DNA of 64,000 nucleotides from the human T2T-CHM13v2.0 reference genome, Homo sapiens (GCF_009914755.1 NC_060925.1), one strand, 5' to 3'. Counted from the stretch's first letter, positions 1 to 14,017 are shown. The notes: generated by a model not told the origin, from the sequence alone. Numbers and translations are program-made.

Positions 1-62
1 GCACTCCAGCCTGGGCGACACAGAGAGACTCCGTCTCAAAAAAAAAAAAAAAAAAAAAAAAA
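1..62 (+). mobile_element. Alu 3' end with poly(A), cut by the window edge
   Basis: gcactccagcctgggcgac...gagactccgtctc(A)n. Confidence 0.95.
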
Positions 63-937
63 GTCAATTACAAATTTTGTAAAAATGTCCAGCTGAACAA
101 AACACATCTGTGGGGCTATATTGGGTACACAAATTGTGAGTTTGGAATTCCTGATCTAGCAGGATAAGCTAAAACAAGAATGGAAAATGTAGGCTTAATT
201 TTCATTAAAATAAGATTGCATGTTAATTTTAGGTTCTCCATACCTACTGATACTTTACCAAAATTCCCACACAGGGATCTTTTAGTTAATCATCAAATAC
301 AAACTTTTCGTATACCTATGGTGGTAAGAATGTTGCATCACACGGTCTTGTATCTGAAAGGTATGCTAAAAAACGGAAAATGATTTCTAAACTGGTTGGT
401 CCTGTAATAATACAATTCTGTTTCATGAAATGCTTTCTTCATTTGTGCTTTGAAGGTTTTAGCTATAATGTGTGGAATAGTTTATTACATTCAACAAAAT
501 TGCTAACTGCCCAGTATCTTAAAGCATACTGATTATTTCTAGAAATGATTTTTGAAAAAATATTGCCATAGCTATGTTAATGTGTTATTACTATGAAAAA
601 TTATTCTGTGAAATGAAACATTTTCATCATCTAATCAAGTTACTTTCCTAAGTTAAAATATGATAAAGCAAGGATTAAATTATTGGCTGACTGTCTTTAA
701 AGCATTAAATATGAGATAAGCATCCCTTTCTTTCTGCCACATGCATACAATTGAATAATTATCTGTGAATAAGAGTTCTAATCCCATAACCCCAAACATT
801 CATAGAGCCCATCTTCCAGAATATCTCATTATCTTATATTCAACATGTCCAAAACCAAACACACTATATTTACTTCAAAACCAGCACTTACTTCTTTTCC
901 TGTTTCCATGAAGTCAGCCAGTAAGTCAGTTGGGCAA

Positions 938-2400
938 TAAATTAACCATTTATTGAGTACTACTATGTGTCAGACATTCTTTTAGGACTGAAAATACAAC
1001 CACCAGGAAAGAACAGACATTGCACCTTCCTTTGGGGACCTTACAGTCCAGCAGTGAAATCAAGCAGTAGAAATATAAGCAGGAGCACAATGGCACTATA
1101 GGAAAATCATAGGTTAAGGAATTAACCATGTTAACAAAGGGCTGAATCTAACCTAGCTTGGGGTTCAGGGTCGGCTTCCTGGAAGAGGTGATGTGCTTAT
1201 ACTTGGAGCAGAAAGCTAAGTGTGTGTTAGCTAGAGAAGGATGAAAGAGATTGTACCAGGGAACAGAGAAGAGAATTTCCTGAGGCAGACAAAGAGGCTG
1301 TAATTTGGTCAGGAATGAGAGAAGTCCAATATTGCTGGAGCAGAAAAGAGAGAGCAGAAAGATACTATATGAAATGCAGTATGGTCCTTATCCTTTTAGA
1401 CTTGAAACCTGGAAATTGTTTTTGAACTGTCACCTCCTTTCATTTCTCATATTCCAACCCTAATCATATCCTTCAGATCTGGCCATCCATTTCCATTTCC
1501 CCTGCTGCCACTCTAGCCTAAGCCTTCATTTCTCATCTGTTGATTACTTTAACAGCCTAGCTGCTACTTTTTCTGCTCTTAGTCTTTCCCTGCTCCAATT
1601 CATTCTAACTAGCAGATTAACCTTCCTAAAACCTATATTTCATTTCATTGTTTCCTTTCTCTTACCAACCCTCCCCTGCAAATCCTCCACTGGCTTTCTA
1701 CTAGATTAAAGCTAAACCCTTTACCATGGTAAAGGATTCAGGGACCTCCATATTGAACCACGCTCTACCCACCCATTTTATCTTCTGAGTTTTCTCTATG
1801 GGAAACTATTTCAGTAAGACGTTCTTTTTATTACTAATTCAACAAACATTTATTGGACACTGACCATCTGCCAAGCACAGTTCTAGATCCCAGGGATACA
1901 GAGCTCCAGACCGTAGGTAAGGCCCCTGCTCTCATGAAACTTATAATCCAATAGGAGAAGACAAACAATGAATGAATGGATAAATGAAAAAACTCTCAGA
2001 TGGTGAAGTAGATGCTGTGCAGAGCATTAGAGTGATGTCCCTGAGACTCACTAGGAGGCTGCACTGGATTAGGAAGTCAGCAAAGTCCTCTTGCAGGAGG
2101 TGGCCTTTAAGGTAAAGTGTCAATGACAAGAAGCAGTCAGCCATGGGAGCAACAGGGGAAGAACATTTCAGGCAGTTGATTGTGGTGGCAAGCATGGAAG
2201 CAGGTAGATCAGTAAATAGTCTATTGTGATATTCCAGGTAAAATATGATGATGGCTTGGGAAGAGTTGTGATAGTAGAGATGGAGAGAAGCATATGCATT
2301 TGGTATATGTTTTGCAAATAAAGTCTTGTGAGTAGATGTGCAGAGAGAGGAAAAGAAAGTAATCAAGGATAATGTTTTGAATTTTGTCTAATGTTGGATG
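938..2400. mobile_element. Cluster of L2 fragments in mixed orientation
   Basis: Antisense L2 3' ends (catttattgagtactactatgtg ~948; ttcaacaaacatttattg ~1838) with a sense L2-like segment at ~1400-1790. Confidence 0.6.
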
Positions 2401-3623
2401 AACTGATTAAATTTCAAGGCAGAATAGGATACTGTTGTTGGTGCTTTTCCTGATGTAGCCCTTCCCAGCTCTTTCTAAAAGAGATCTACTGTCATCTGCA
2501 GACTACCCAGTGCTTTTCATGAAGCTAAAATGAATCTAGTGGGTCTGTGGTCAATGGCCTTATTTATTGTATCAACAGAGAATGGAAAGTTCTAACAGAT
2601 CAACATCCCTGGGAGGAGATGTGAGCCTTATGCCATGCTAAGATACAGTAGTCATCTTAGCAGAATTCCTCATGGAAGGGCAGGTGGCCTCCTGTTTGCT
2701 TTGTGCAAGTGCCTTTTGGGTAGTTAGTGCTTCTCTGTGCCTCCTGGAATACTGACCCCTGAGGTAAAGAAGAGGGAGCCATAAACTATATATCGACAAC
2801 AGGTTGAGACCATCTCCCTGGTTTGGACTTGCCAGCCCTGTCTTCTGGTCCTTTTGAGTATGTCATTTGAATTTCTGACTCAGAGTCTTTGTACTGTTCC
2901 CACCAACTGTGTTATATTTCCTGCATTTCATCACCTGTGCTTGTCTTTCAAAGTTCAGGTCCTGCCTCCTTTGCAAGTCCTTTCTTACCACTGCAGCCCA
3001 AATGTAATTCATTAAATTACCGTGGTGCTTATCAGAGAGATACTCATTTTAACACTTATCGTGGCTGGTGTTCATACAGCTATAAGATATAAACATATAA
3101 GCTCTAGTTTATAAGCACTGAAGGGACAGGTCTACATCTTATTCTTATGCCAAATTACTCTTAACACACTAACGTATTGGCATGTTATAAACGGCAACAA
3201 ATAGCAAATATTTGTTGCCATTGTAGATACAAACTTAAACTTTTACATCTTTTAATCAAGTAGATTAAAAATAATAAGTAAATTGATAAAGTAAAATTAG
3301 ATGATGTTACAAGATATTCCAATTGTAGGAATTGTTTGCACCCTCCTACTGACCGTGACAGTACCTTAATTTTTTATTCATTATGCCACCAAGCCATTCC
3401 ATTGGACCACAGTAGCATTTCTGGGTCGTAGAAAGCAGCTTATCTATATTTGTTGAATGAATGAAATACACAATATATAAGCATTAGCTTTATGGACAGG
3501 CTGCTGCATATGCTTGTGAAGGTTATGTACTACATAACTCCAGAGAGCACCATTTGCAGAGGCCACGATGTATACAACCTACCAAACAAGACTAGGCAGT
3601 ATCTGAGAAGGTTCCTCTTAGGG

Positions 3624-3832
3624 CAGAGGGCGGCAAAGTTTCATGAGCCAAGTTCATCTCACTGCCTGTTTTTATAAATGAAGTTTTATTGGAACACAGG
3701 CACACTCGTTTGTTTATTATGTTGTTTATGACCACTTTCATACTACCATGGCCAAGTTGAATAGAAACTGCACGGCTCTCAAAGCCCAAAATATTGACTA
3801 TCTGACCCTTTACAATAAAGCCTGCTGACCAC
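3624..3832 (+). mobile_element. MER58A-like hAT-Charlie MITE
   Basis: aaagttttattggaacacag...aaaatattgactatctgaccctttaca; homologous to the copy at 43774. Confidence 0.8.
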
Positions 3833-3966
3833 TTAGGGAGACTTCTTCCAGTTAAGAAAAAAACAAACCCATTTAATTTTAAAATTGCTTTTACTAACTG
3901 TTTAAGTGTGAAGAGTGTTTTATTATGGTGTTTTTTCCTTTTCAAAGTTATCTTACTCTTTTGCAG

Positions 3967-4134
3967 TAATGCCTGAAAACTCAAACTTTCCATATCGGCG
4001 GTATGACCGGCTCCCTCCAATCCATCAATTCTCCATAGAAAGTGACACGGATCTCTCTGAGACTGCAGAGTTGATTGAGGAGTATGAGGTTTTTGATCCT
4101 ACCAGACCTCGACCAAAAATCATTCTTGTTATAG
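3967..4134 (+). CDS. AK5: Adenylate kinase 5 coding exon (exon 3; 168 nt, phase 1-1)
   Basis: ttttgcag| acceptor, G|gtatga donor; encodes (V)MPENSNFPYRRYDRLPPIHQFSIESDTDLSETAELIEEYEVFDPTRPRPKIILVI(G), matching AK5 as recalled; ends at the beta-strand before the P-loop. Confidence 0.96.
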
Positions 4135-4479
4135 GTATGAGGACAGAAAGCAAAAATTCTCATACCGTTGCTGCCTTTGTTTATATATTTACATTTCAAA
4201 AAAGTAAATCATATATGTGCAAATAGTTGGATAATGACAAGCAATAGAAACAAAAGCTCAAGGGACAATAAATGGAAATATTCTTAGTATAAGTTTCAAT
4301 AAAATAGAAATTGTTATAATTATATAATCTAATGCCTATTGCATTTTCATAGATTCCCAATAAAAGGTCATAGAAATTCTCTATAATGAATCGAAAGTAA
4401 TACCTTCAAGATTTATTGTCCTGTGGTTTTATTTATTTAATCTTGATCACAGATAACTGAGCCAATTGAAGTTTTCTGA

Positions 4480-4595
4480 GAGCTGAATGTGGTGGTAGTC
4501 CCAGCTAGTAGGCAGCCTGAGCCAGGAGGATCCCTTGAACCCAGGAGTCCAGCCTGGGCAACCTAGTGAGACTCTATTTCTAGAAGAAAAAAAGA
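4480..4595 (+). mobile_element. FLAM/Alu monomer
   Basis: tagtcccagcta...cccaggagtccagcctgggcaac; aagttttct repeated on both flanks. Confidence 0.8.
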
Positions 4596-4965
4596 AAGTT
4601 TTCTAAACATGATGTGATTTTTCCCCCTTTAAATCAACAAATTAAATTTTTACTCACTATTAACTTTAGAGGGAAAAATAAATAATAATATATTGGTAAA
4701 GATTCATATAAATGAATCTTCTTTATGGCAAATTGGCACCTATAATAAATCCAAAGTTTCACTGTTAAAAGACAAACAAATCTAATAGAATAGTGTTTTA
4801 CATAGCACATAACATCTGAGTATTAACCAAAATAACAATGATAATAGTTCATTTTAAAAGTTGCCACTATGAATCTTATGTTAAATATGGAATTATCGGC
4901 CCCATGACATTTCACAAGGAATATAAAATGAAAATGTTTTAAATATTTTTGAAAAATTCCTTTTT

Positions 4966-5210
4966 GGTCAAGGAGGGAGGATCACTTGAGGCCAGGAGTT
5001 TCAGACCAGCCTGGTCAACATAGTGAGACCCTGTCTCTACAAAAAATTTTTAAAATTAGCTGGGCGTGGTGACACACACCTGTTGTCCCAACTATTTGGG
5101 AGGCTGAGGTGGGAAGATAGCTTGAGCCCAGGAGTTCAAGGTTGCAGTGAACTCCACTGCACTCCAGTCTGGGTGACAGAGAGACCTCATCTCAAAAAAA
5201 GAAAAAAAAA
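4966..5210 (+). mobile_element. AluJ-like, 5' truncated
   Basis: ggaggatcacttgaggccaggagtt...cttgagcccaggagttcaagg, A tail. Confidence 0.9.
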
Positions 5211-6954
5211 TTGTGGCTATTTTTGCAAAGTCTTTCTCAAAATCTATAACAATCATGAAGAGACCTGTGAACATGCAACATGTAGTCATTGTTTTCACAT
5301 TCCAGTTAGAATCACCTTTCACAGAGATGACCAAAAGCAAAACTCTGGCATGAAATATTCAAAGCTGTTCTAGCCGGTTGCATTAACAGAGTGTCAAATT
5401 TATGGAGACCCCATGCAAGGAAGTAGTGCTTCAGAGGACATAGCAATGTTGACAACTAGGACAAAAGCATGCAAATAAACACACCAAGCTATAACAAGAA
5501 TTTAAGCTCACCAGACTAGAAGGAATGACATTTGTACATTTTAAAGTGAAATGAAAATGAAATTGTAAATATATCTACCTTGAATTGTTAAAAACAAAAT
5601 TACAGAAAGAGAGTTTAAAGTCAGTTTTTGAAGAGTTAAAATATTTTTATGGCTTTATGGTAGCCGCTGTTACGCCATAAACCTCTATTCTTGCAAGTGG
5701 AATACATTCTTTTTATGCTTAAAACTTTCAAGTCCTTACATAGAAGACAAGGAAACACTTAAATAAATGATAGAACTACAGATGAAAAATAATCGGGAAG
5801 TATCTCATCATTTTATGATGAGATTTGTACGTGGACAGAACACATTCTATTTTGTTGTTCTTGCTGCTAGTAATAAAGTATTGGTCATTATTAACAGGAT
5901 GAACAAATGGAAGCTCGATTGTTCATGAAAATGGTTTGATAGCAAATTAATCTTGTATAAAAGAGCACAAATATTTTTTGTGTGTACTATGAATTTTATA
6001 TGAAAATGATTAAAATATTTCAATAAACTAAGATCTTCGGAGAATATGTAAATACTCAAATCTCTCCCACTTCACATTTCTTTCTATTCAGTGAAATCAA
6101 CTGGTTTCCCAAAGTTATGATTCTTGTTATAGGCTTACATGCTGTGTTGTAACATTTTATATATTACAAGAATGATGAAGAACCAATAAGTGTAAATAAT
6201 TTCAAGAGGATTGAAACAAGGGAAGAAAGAAGAGGGTGGATCTTAGGTTGTCTGAGAGAATTGGGACAATTTTATGACTTTTATGGAATTATAAAATAAT
6301 TGTACCTGAACCTTACAAATTTGTATTAGTTCCAACCTAAAAATGTGAGAGTGAGGTATAGATGCCCACATGGTTTCTCTTCCAGCACTGCAGAATTTTT
6401 TTAAAGCTGGCTCTCTTGGAACAGATACGAATCTCTCTCATGTTAACGTAATCATAAAATTTCAGTGAGATGGACCCTAATATTTATAAGTTTTAGAGAT
6501 AAGTGAACAGAACAAAATTAAGCCCATTCTGGCTTTAGACAGAAGTAAAATTAATTTGATAGAAACATTCAGTAATTAAGCTCATCCAACAAATTAATGG
6601 CAGAGAATATCTCTGTCAATTGTGCCAATCATATTTTTTGTTGTCTACTATTGCCTCCATTAGTTGACAAAAATTTTTTTTTCTTGAAAGTACAATAACA
6701 TTCTCAATGTGTCTGAATTTTTTAAATTAATGGAGTGTATAATCTCTTAGTTTGGTGGTTGTGATTAAGTGTGGAAATATAGTTTCTGAAAGATACCTGA
6801 TTCTTCAAGGAATAAATCAGTTTGAATTTGCCAATGGAATTGGTCAGATAATTTTTTTATTTCAAGCCAATTCATGATTTGCCCATATATTAGTAGGTTA
6901 AAGCAGCTATTTAAAACCAAAACTTACTTTTGATTTAAAAAATAATCTCATAGA

Positions 6955-7180
6955 AGTCTTTAATCCATTTTAATTTTATTTTGCATATGACAAAGAGATA
7001 GAGATCTAGTTTATTTCCTCTGTATATGGATATGTAGTTTTTCCAGCATCATTTATTGAAGAGACTGCTTTTTACACAGTGTGTGTTCTTGGCATCTTTG
7101 TGGAAAATGAGTTCACTGTAGGTGTGTGGATTTGTTTCTAAGTTCTCTATTCTGTTCCATTGGTCTATATGTCTATGTTT
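6955..7180 (-). mobile_element. L1 ORF2 fragment
   Basis: Closely similar to the L1 segment at ~15650-15885. Confidence 0.8.
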
Positions 7181-7730
7181 ACATTGCATAAAACTCTAGA
7201 ATTCAAAGGATATAAGGCAAGGACAGGCATGAGCAAACATTTCAAAAAAGATTTAAATAAGCTGTGTAAATACTGGTAGGCGTTTGTCTAAAAATAATGG
7301 TTACGTTTCACCGAATTACACATTAACTCTGTTGGCATGGAATCTATTATTGTTATTTTGATCATTGTTTTTTATATTCCACAGATTTTTCTTTGATTAC
7401 AGAGGGAAAAATGTTAGATTTTACATAGAAAAAAGTCAAGATTTCTTTCAACTACACTGTTCAAAAATTTTTTTAATTAGCTATTTGCTCAAATAGGTAG
7501 AGGAAAAACCTGTATCTCTCATTTAATACAGTTGGTCAAGACAATTCTTTCCTTGACGAAGTCTCTACTTGCTTTACATTCAAAGGCAGCACTGAGAATG
7601 CCACAAATGGAACTGTTAACCACCCTGTCTTGGTGACACAGAATTTGCATCCCAGATGAAGTAGTAGTTGTATAAAAGGGAGGTCCTTATTGTATCAGAA
7701 GATCACAGTTTTGCCTGTTTTAAATACTAG

Positions 7731-7900
7731 GTGGTCCAGGAAGTGGAAAGGGTACTCAGAGTTTGAAAATTGCAGAACGATATGGATTCCAATACATTTC
7801 TGTGGGAGAATTATTAAGAAAGAAGATCCACAGTACCAGCAGCAATAGGAAATGGAGTCTTATTGCCAAGATAATTACAACTGGAGAATTGGCCCCACAG
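7731..7900 (+). CDS. AK5: AK5 coding exon (exon 4; 170 nt, phase 1-0), P-loop and NMP-binding region
   Basis: tactag| acceptor, CAG|gtactg donor; (G)GPGSGKGTQSLKIAERYGFQYISVGELLRKKIHSTSSNRKWSLIAKIITTGELAPQ; in frame with the previous exon. Confidence 0.97.
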
Positions 7901-8005
7901 GTACTGCTGTATAATTATCTTTTATTCTGCAAAATGTTTTCATACCGATTGAGTATACTAAGTTTAACTGTGGGGTTTTTTTGTCATCCTTTCTGTTTAT
8001 AAAAG

Positions 8006-8119
8006 GAAACAACAATTACAGAGATAAAACAAAAATTGATGCAAATACCTGATGAAGAGGGCATTGTTATTGATGGATTTCCAAGAGATGTTGCCCAGGC
8101 TCTATCTTTTGAGGACCAA
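8006..8119 (+). CDS. AK5: AK5 coding exon (exon 5; 114 nt, phase 0-0); missed by the ORF track
   Basis: tataaaag| acceptor, CAA|gtaaga donor; ETTITEIKQKLMQIPDEEGIVIDGFPRDVAQALSFEDQ contains the adenylate kinase signature IDGFPR. Confidence 0.96.
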
Positions 8120-8693
8120 GTAAGAATATCTCCTTATATTTTAAATGAACTACTTTTTGCTTAAAATTTTGGGAATAAAAACAAAAAGACTTCTTGGAAG
8201 ACTTGCGATGCTTTTGAATGAATTCTGGTCTGAAAACAGGCAAATACATCAGTATGGGTTGGCAGAAGGTCATTTCTTTGGCAAACACTTAAAAATTAAA
8301 GACAGTCTCTGCCAAAAGGAAAGATAACTAATAATAGAATTCATTTTATTGAAAAATGCAAATCTCTCTAAAATTTATTTCAAAATACTTTTCATACAAT
8401 TTTTTTTTATTTTGAATTACTAAGAATAAGCCTTATTCAGTACTGTCCAGGGATGCAAAACATTACCCTGTACTTACATTCATGCCAACTAAGGAAACTT
8501 TCTTCAGGTTGTGAAATACTGAACCACCTATGTAGATTAAGATAGGGTTCAGTTGCCAAAATTTGAGTAGGCTATGCCTGCTCAACCCCCAATACATTTG
8601 TTTTAAAGGAAAATAAATCAATTAAAATATTTTATATATCTATTTAAGCTTTGAAAAGCTTATGTTAATTGATTTTTCATTAAAAAAAATTAA

Positions 8694-9013
8694 GGCTGGA
8701 CTCAGTGGCTCACGCCTGTAATCCCAACACTTCGGGAGGCTGAGGCGGATGGATGGCTTGAGCCCAGGAGTTCCAGACCAGCCTGGGCAATATGACGAAA
8801 ACCCATCTCTACAAAAAAAAAAAACCACACACACACACACACAAAATTAACCAGGTATAGTGGCGCACACCTATAGGCCCAGCTACTCAGGAGGCTAAGA
8901 GAGACTGAGAGGCAGGAGAATCACCTGAGCCCAGGACATCAAGGCTGCAGTGAGCCAAGATGGCACCACTGCACTTCAGCCTGGGTGACACAGCAAGACC
9001 CTGCTTCAAAAAA
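8694..9013 (+). mobile_element. AluJ-like with (CA)n in the linker
   Basis: Full dimer: ggctggactcagtggctcacgcctgtaatccc... Confidence 0.93.
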
Positions 9014-10707
9014 ATTTTCTTTTAATTACAGAAGTAATATATGCTCATACAAATTTTAAGTCTATCTGTAAAACGTGAAAGTCCATCAATACCCTCCCAT
9101 TCCGCTGCTCCTCCTTTCCTGAGAAATAGGAGTACTGTTAGGTTTGTTATATATTCTTCCAGACCTTTTTCTATACTTACATGCATACATACATGTATGG
9201 ACACATGTGCACATGCTCATATACAAATGCATTCTAAATTTTTATAATGACTTTTCCAAGTTATATCAATGTTGAATGACAGTATCTTTTTCTACAGACC
9301 CTTTCCAACCAGATACGATTCATGTTTAAAATTTTTGCAAACCTGATGAGTAAATGGCATTTTGTGTTTTAAATTTGCATTTCATGGGTTACTATTAAGG
9401 TTAAGTATATTTTCATACACTCATTGGCCATGTGTATTTCTTCCTTATGTGAATTGCTTGTTCTCCTTTGCCCATTTTTCTACAGACTTTTTAATCTTTT
9501 TCTTATTTATTTCAAGGAGCATTTAACATATTACAGATATCGTATTAAACAGTATTAAGTAAAATATGATGTCAGTTTATGCATCACATGAAAGAAGCCT
9601 GGAGTTGGGCAGTTCACGGCCAGGGGTAGCTTTACAAAACATTTTTTTGAATGTTCCCATTAACGGTTTTGGATCACCTATTGTGCTAGAATGTCTGCCT
9701 CCCCTTCTTAGGTTTCCTCTCCCACCATAAGTCCAGAAACTCTGGTGCTCAGTCAGCTTAAAGGCTTGGTTCTAATTGTTCTGGCTTTGAAGAGAGAAAA
9801 ACTGGAAAATATCTGATGAAGTTTTGTTATTGCTGTTGCTACCACATTATATTGCTGTTGAAAGCGGGTGCTATGGCAGCCATTCCATGTGATTCTTGAT
9901 TATTGGTAGAAGTGTGATAGGCAGGGAGGCAGGCATTGCCACCCAAACCTGGTTCTCCCACCCACATATTGAATGTGCTAAACTTGATAGGTACAAGCAG
10001 ATGAAGCTACTTGATTTTTTTTTAATTGCTTTTTAAACATGCTATGTTGAATATCTTTCTTTTTTGTTGAATTATAACTCAGGAAGAGTCCCTGGCTTTT
10101 CTGGTGACTTAAAAAACATTAACAAAATATCTCATTTTCAGCTCTTAAAAAGTCCAGTCCAATCTAAATCAAAACTTTAATTTCGTATTCACTTTAACAT
10201 ATATCTGCTGTCCCCAGCTTGGACCAGATTCAGACTCAGAAAGCTAAGGTGGTGTATCAGAATCCTGAAATTCCTACTCACGTGACTTGCAGTAGGTGGG
10301 AGAGGGAGGGAAGAGAGGATTCCCTCCGAAAAGCATAACCCTCTAGTAACTCTCTGGATACCTGATCAATCTACATCTTCTCTTATATAGCCTAGTCACG
10401 GGTAACAGTACCGATTTGGGGTCTGTTAGCAAATTCTATAGGATGGTCTGTTATCTCTATGTAGAATGAGCAGTAACTTACATTTATTGTTTTCAACCAC
10501 ACTTCTGAGGCTGAAAAGTTCCAATTTAACATCTTCTTAGGTTGACATTCCAGCAGCCTAGAGGTTCTTTGCCACTGTGGGCAGTACAGAGGTGTCTGAG
10601 GTCAATGTCATCTTTGCTCATCCTGCGGGAGTTAAGCGGGTGTGGAGGCAAAGCTGAAATGTTTATGTAAAGCAGTGTCAGGGTCAGCCCTGATTATTCT
10701 ACACCCT

Positions 10708-11060
10708 GTGTAGGCTTAAGCTTCTGGGGTGTCTTTTTTTCTGCTACCACTTCTGAGACCAAATGTGTGGGGTCTTCCACACCAGTTCTCCAATTCTCCA
10801 ACACCAACTGGGTGCCTAAGAATTCAGTTCAACTTGGACACTATCCAGAGTTAGTTCAGACCCCACAGGTTAAGAGCTTAGTTCCACAAGTCTGTTCCTG
10901 CTTCAGACATCAGTTGCAAGTCCCAGCAACCACCTGTACTTCTGATTGACAGTCTATAAATTCAAGGTTTCCATAACACTCTCCACAGGTTGTATAATTC
11001 ACTGCAGTGACTCAGAACCCAGAAAAACACATTTAGTGGTTTATCATAAAGGATACAACT
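10708..11060. mobile_element. MER21-like ERV LTR fragment
   Basis: caattctccaacaccaactgggtg...cagaccccacaggttaag...aaaggatacaact resembles the MER21 consensus as recalled. Confidence 0.65.
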
Positions 11061-12126
11061 ATATTTTTTTTATTATACTGCATCTCCTCAAGGTTTTGCG
11101 TTAACTTAGTTTTTGTTTGTTTGTTTGTTAGTGCAAATGTAGGCACATACACACATGCCAACATTTTCCCCAAGATTTCCTCACAGATCTGGGGTGTGAG
11201 AAGAGGTGAATTTCTGGTATCAGCCATATATGGGTGATGGTCAGACCACTGTAACAAAAGGGCCTAACACTTAAATGGCTTTTAGGATGAAGAAGTGTAT
11301 TTTTCTTCTTTTGGAATAGTCTCCATATGAACAATCCAGCTTGACTGGGCAGCTTTTTTCCTTGAGATCATTTAGGGACCATGGTTCCTCCCAGGTTTTT
11401 CTGCCATCTCCTAGGACACTGTCACTGGCCGCGTGGTTGAAAAAGTGTTGTCATCACATATGGGTTCCAGCTGGAATGGACGGGGAAGAGAATGTGAAGG
11501 TCTGAAGTCTCAGATCTGGAAGTGACATCCATCGCTTCTGCTCACAAGGCATTGCTGAGAATTTAGTCCTGTTGGAACTGAGAGGAAGGCCGGGAAGTAG
11601 AGTCCAGCTGGGCAGCCAGGTGCCTGGCAGCAATGCTATTACTATGGAAGTCTGGGAGAACTAACTAGCATCTTCTCCCACAGTTTGCCTCTCTGGCCAT
11701 GCAAATGCTCGCCTGCTCCCTTCTTCCCACACATACAATGTACTCACTCACTCCCCAAGTAAAACAACCAGAGTCCCATCATTTAGTTCAAAAGTGGAGA
11801 ATCTCTACTCTATATATAGTTTTCTTCATCAGGTCTAGCTTTGACTTCTCATACTCAGCCACCTGGAAACTGAACTTCATGTTATCTTCCTTGTCTACCA
11901 CTAATAAAGAGTGGAGGAGCAAGCCCAGGACAATGAAATAAAGGCTCCTATTCAAAAAAGGAAAGTTTGAGAATATACACAGTACTCACTGAACCACAGT
12001 GAATCCTGTAAGGCAGGGATTGCAAAGGTCCTTGCCCTGGCAGTTCCTCTGAGAAGTTCTTCCTTGTCCATTATCTGCATGACACATTGAAGTAGTATAT
12101 TGGAGACTAATATGCTATCCTCTCCT

Positions 12127-12370
12127 TTTTTTTTTTTCCTAAGTGACAAGATCCTTCTCTGTCAGCCAGGGTGGAGTGCAGGGGCACCACTGTAGCTCAC
12201 TGCAGCCTCGAACTCCTGGACCACACTCAGCTAGTTTTTTAAAAACTTTTTGTGGAGACAGGGGCTCCCTGTGTTACCCAGGCTGGTTTCAAACTCCTGG
12301 CCTCAAGTGATCATCCTCTCTCAGCCTCCTAAGTGCTGGGATTACAGGTGTGAGCCACCGCAACTGGCTG
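12127..12370 (-). mobile_element. AluJ-like, internally deleted
   Basis: T tract, ggagtgcag...gtgctgggattacaggtgtgagccacc. Confidence 0.9.
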
Positions 12371-13400
12371 AGACCTATTTTAAGTTAAAAAAAAATGCCT
12401 TTTTTTGGCTAGAATTATGTTTATTTTGGTAAAAACTGTTTCTTTCCAAATTTGGTAGATTTCCTCCCAAAAAGAGGAAAAAGCAAAAAGCTTCCAGTCC
12501 ATGCTAGTTACTATATCATAAGTCCTTTTCCAGAGATAGTTATTAAGCTGCTTTCTTTTTTATCTTCCCGTTTTTCCTTTTTCTGTTCATTTTTATAGAT
12601 TGAGGGTACAAGTGCAGTTTCATTACGCAGATATATTGCATAGTGGTGATTTCTTTGCTTTCTCATTTTAATGACAATTAGCTTCAGGCCATCTAAAACA
12701 GCAGGCTTGGGTAGAAAGGCAGCATCCTTAGTCTAGGTTTTGCTTCAGGGCTAGGTGCCCTGTTTTTTGGTGGTAGTGGTGGGTAAATGGGAATTCTTTT
12801 TGCAATAGCCTAATCTCCTGCTGTTTGGAGGTATACAGGCAGTTGGCTTTTTTAACCTTGTGCGGTCTTAAATTAGTGGATACTTTCTTTTTTCTTATAT
12901 CTGCTCGCAAAGCAGTCAATTCTTTCTTGAGTTAATCTATTTCTTGTAATATGTTGCTAAACGCAGCAAAGAGCAGTCAGTGTACACAGACACTCTAGCT
13001 CTTTCCAGCCATTTCTTTAGCTATGGGCTCCATTGGAACATGACCTGCCTCCCAAGTTATCACAGTAATAATGATGTTATGCAATGACATAACAGGGGTT
13101 ATCAATTTTCCATCCTAAAATGTCTGTGCCCTTACTACCCAAGCAAATCAATGTCGCATGTTTTAGTTTTTTTGATATAGTAGCATGCCCCCACTTATGT
13201 AACTATTGGCTGTATTATTTAGAGTAAATCCCAGGTGCTATAATAGAAAGACACAATGACACGGTAGCATAATACAGAAACTTATTTCCCTTTTATATAA
13301 TGGATGGCCTCACTGTGAATGAGGGGAGGGCAGTTTTAGTCCTCACATTCATGCAGAGATGCGGGGTTTTTTCCAGCTCATTGTCTTTCCAACTCTAGAG

Positions 13401-13908
13401 CAACAGCTCTAAAATTTTTGGTCACAGGACCTCTTTACACTTTTTAAAAATTGTTAAGGACCTCAAAAAGCTTTCATTTATATGTGCTATATCTATTGAT
13501 ATTCACCATATGAGAAATCAAAGCAAATTTTAAAATATTTGTTAAGTCCTTCAAAATAACAATAAATCCATACAAGTTAACTTGAATAACATATTTTTAG
13601 AAAAGTAATCATATTTTCCAAAACTTAAAAAGTGTTGAGAGAGATATTGCTTTATATATTTGCAAATCTCTTTAACTTCTAGCTAATAGAAGAGAGTTGT
13701 ATTCTCATATCTGCTTTTGTATTCAAACTGCTGTGACATCACACTTCCTGTCGCCACTGCGAAACTCCACTGTACCTTTGTGAGAAAGTGAGAGTTAAAA
13801 AGGCACATAATGTCATAGTGTTAGTAGGAAAATAGTTTTGACCTATGACCTTCTGGAAGGGGTCTTGACGATCCTCAGAGGTTTAAGAGCACAATTTCAG
13901 AACAACTG
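13401..13908 (+). mobile_element. Charlie4a-like hAT DNA transposon
   Basis: Decayed TIRs (caacagctct...agaacaactg), tttttggtcacaggacctctttacac start, NTCTAGAN-type target ctctagag at 13393-13400. Confidence 0.7.
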
Positions 13909-14017
13909 CCCTGGGACATTGTAGACATCTGCATGTTGAAAGCTAGGTCACTGCCATGGCCACGTTCCAGCTGATTGGAAGGGGAAGAGAGTGCAGAGGA
14001 TCTATGCTCAAATTCTT

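Noticed and set aside
4135-4226. ORF-track extensions of exon ORFs (3915-4226, 7763-8002, 50558-50743)
   Set aside because: Read-through past evident splice sites; the AK5 match stops at the GT-AG boundaries
6120-6133. 14-nt exact copy of the exon 3 end (attcttgttatagg, 4122-4135)
   Set aside because: A few 14-mer matches are expected by chance in 64 kb of AT-rich DNA; no flanking similarity
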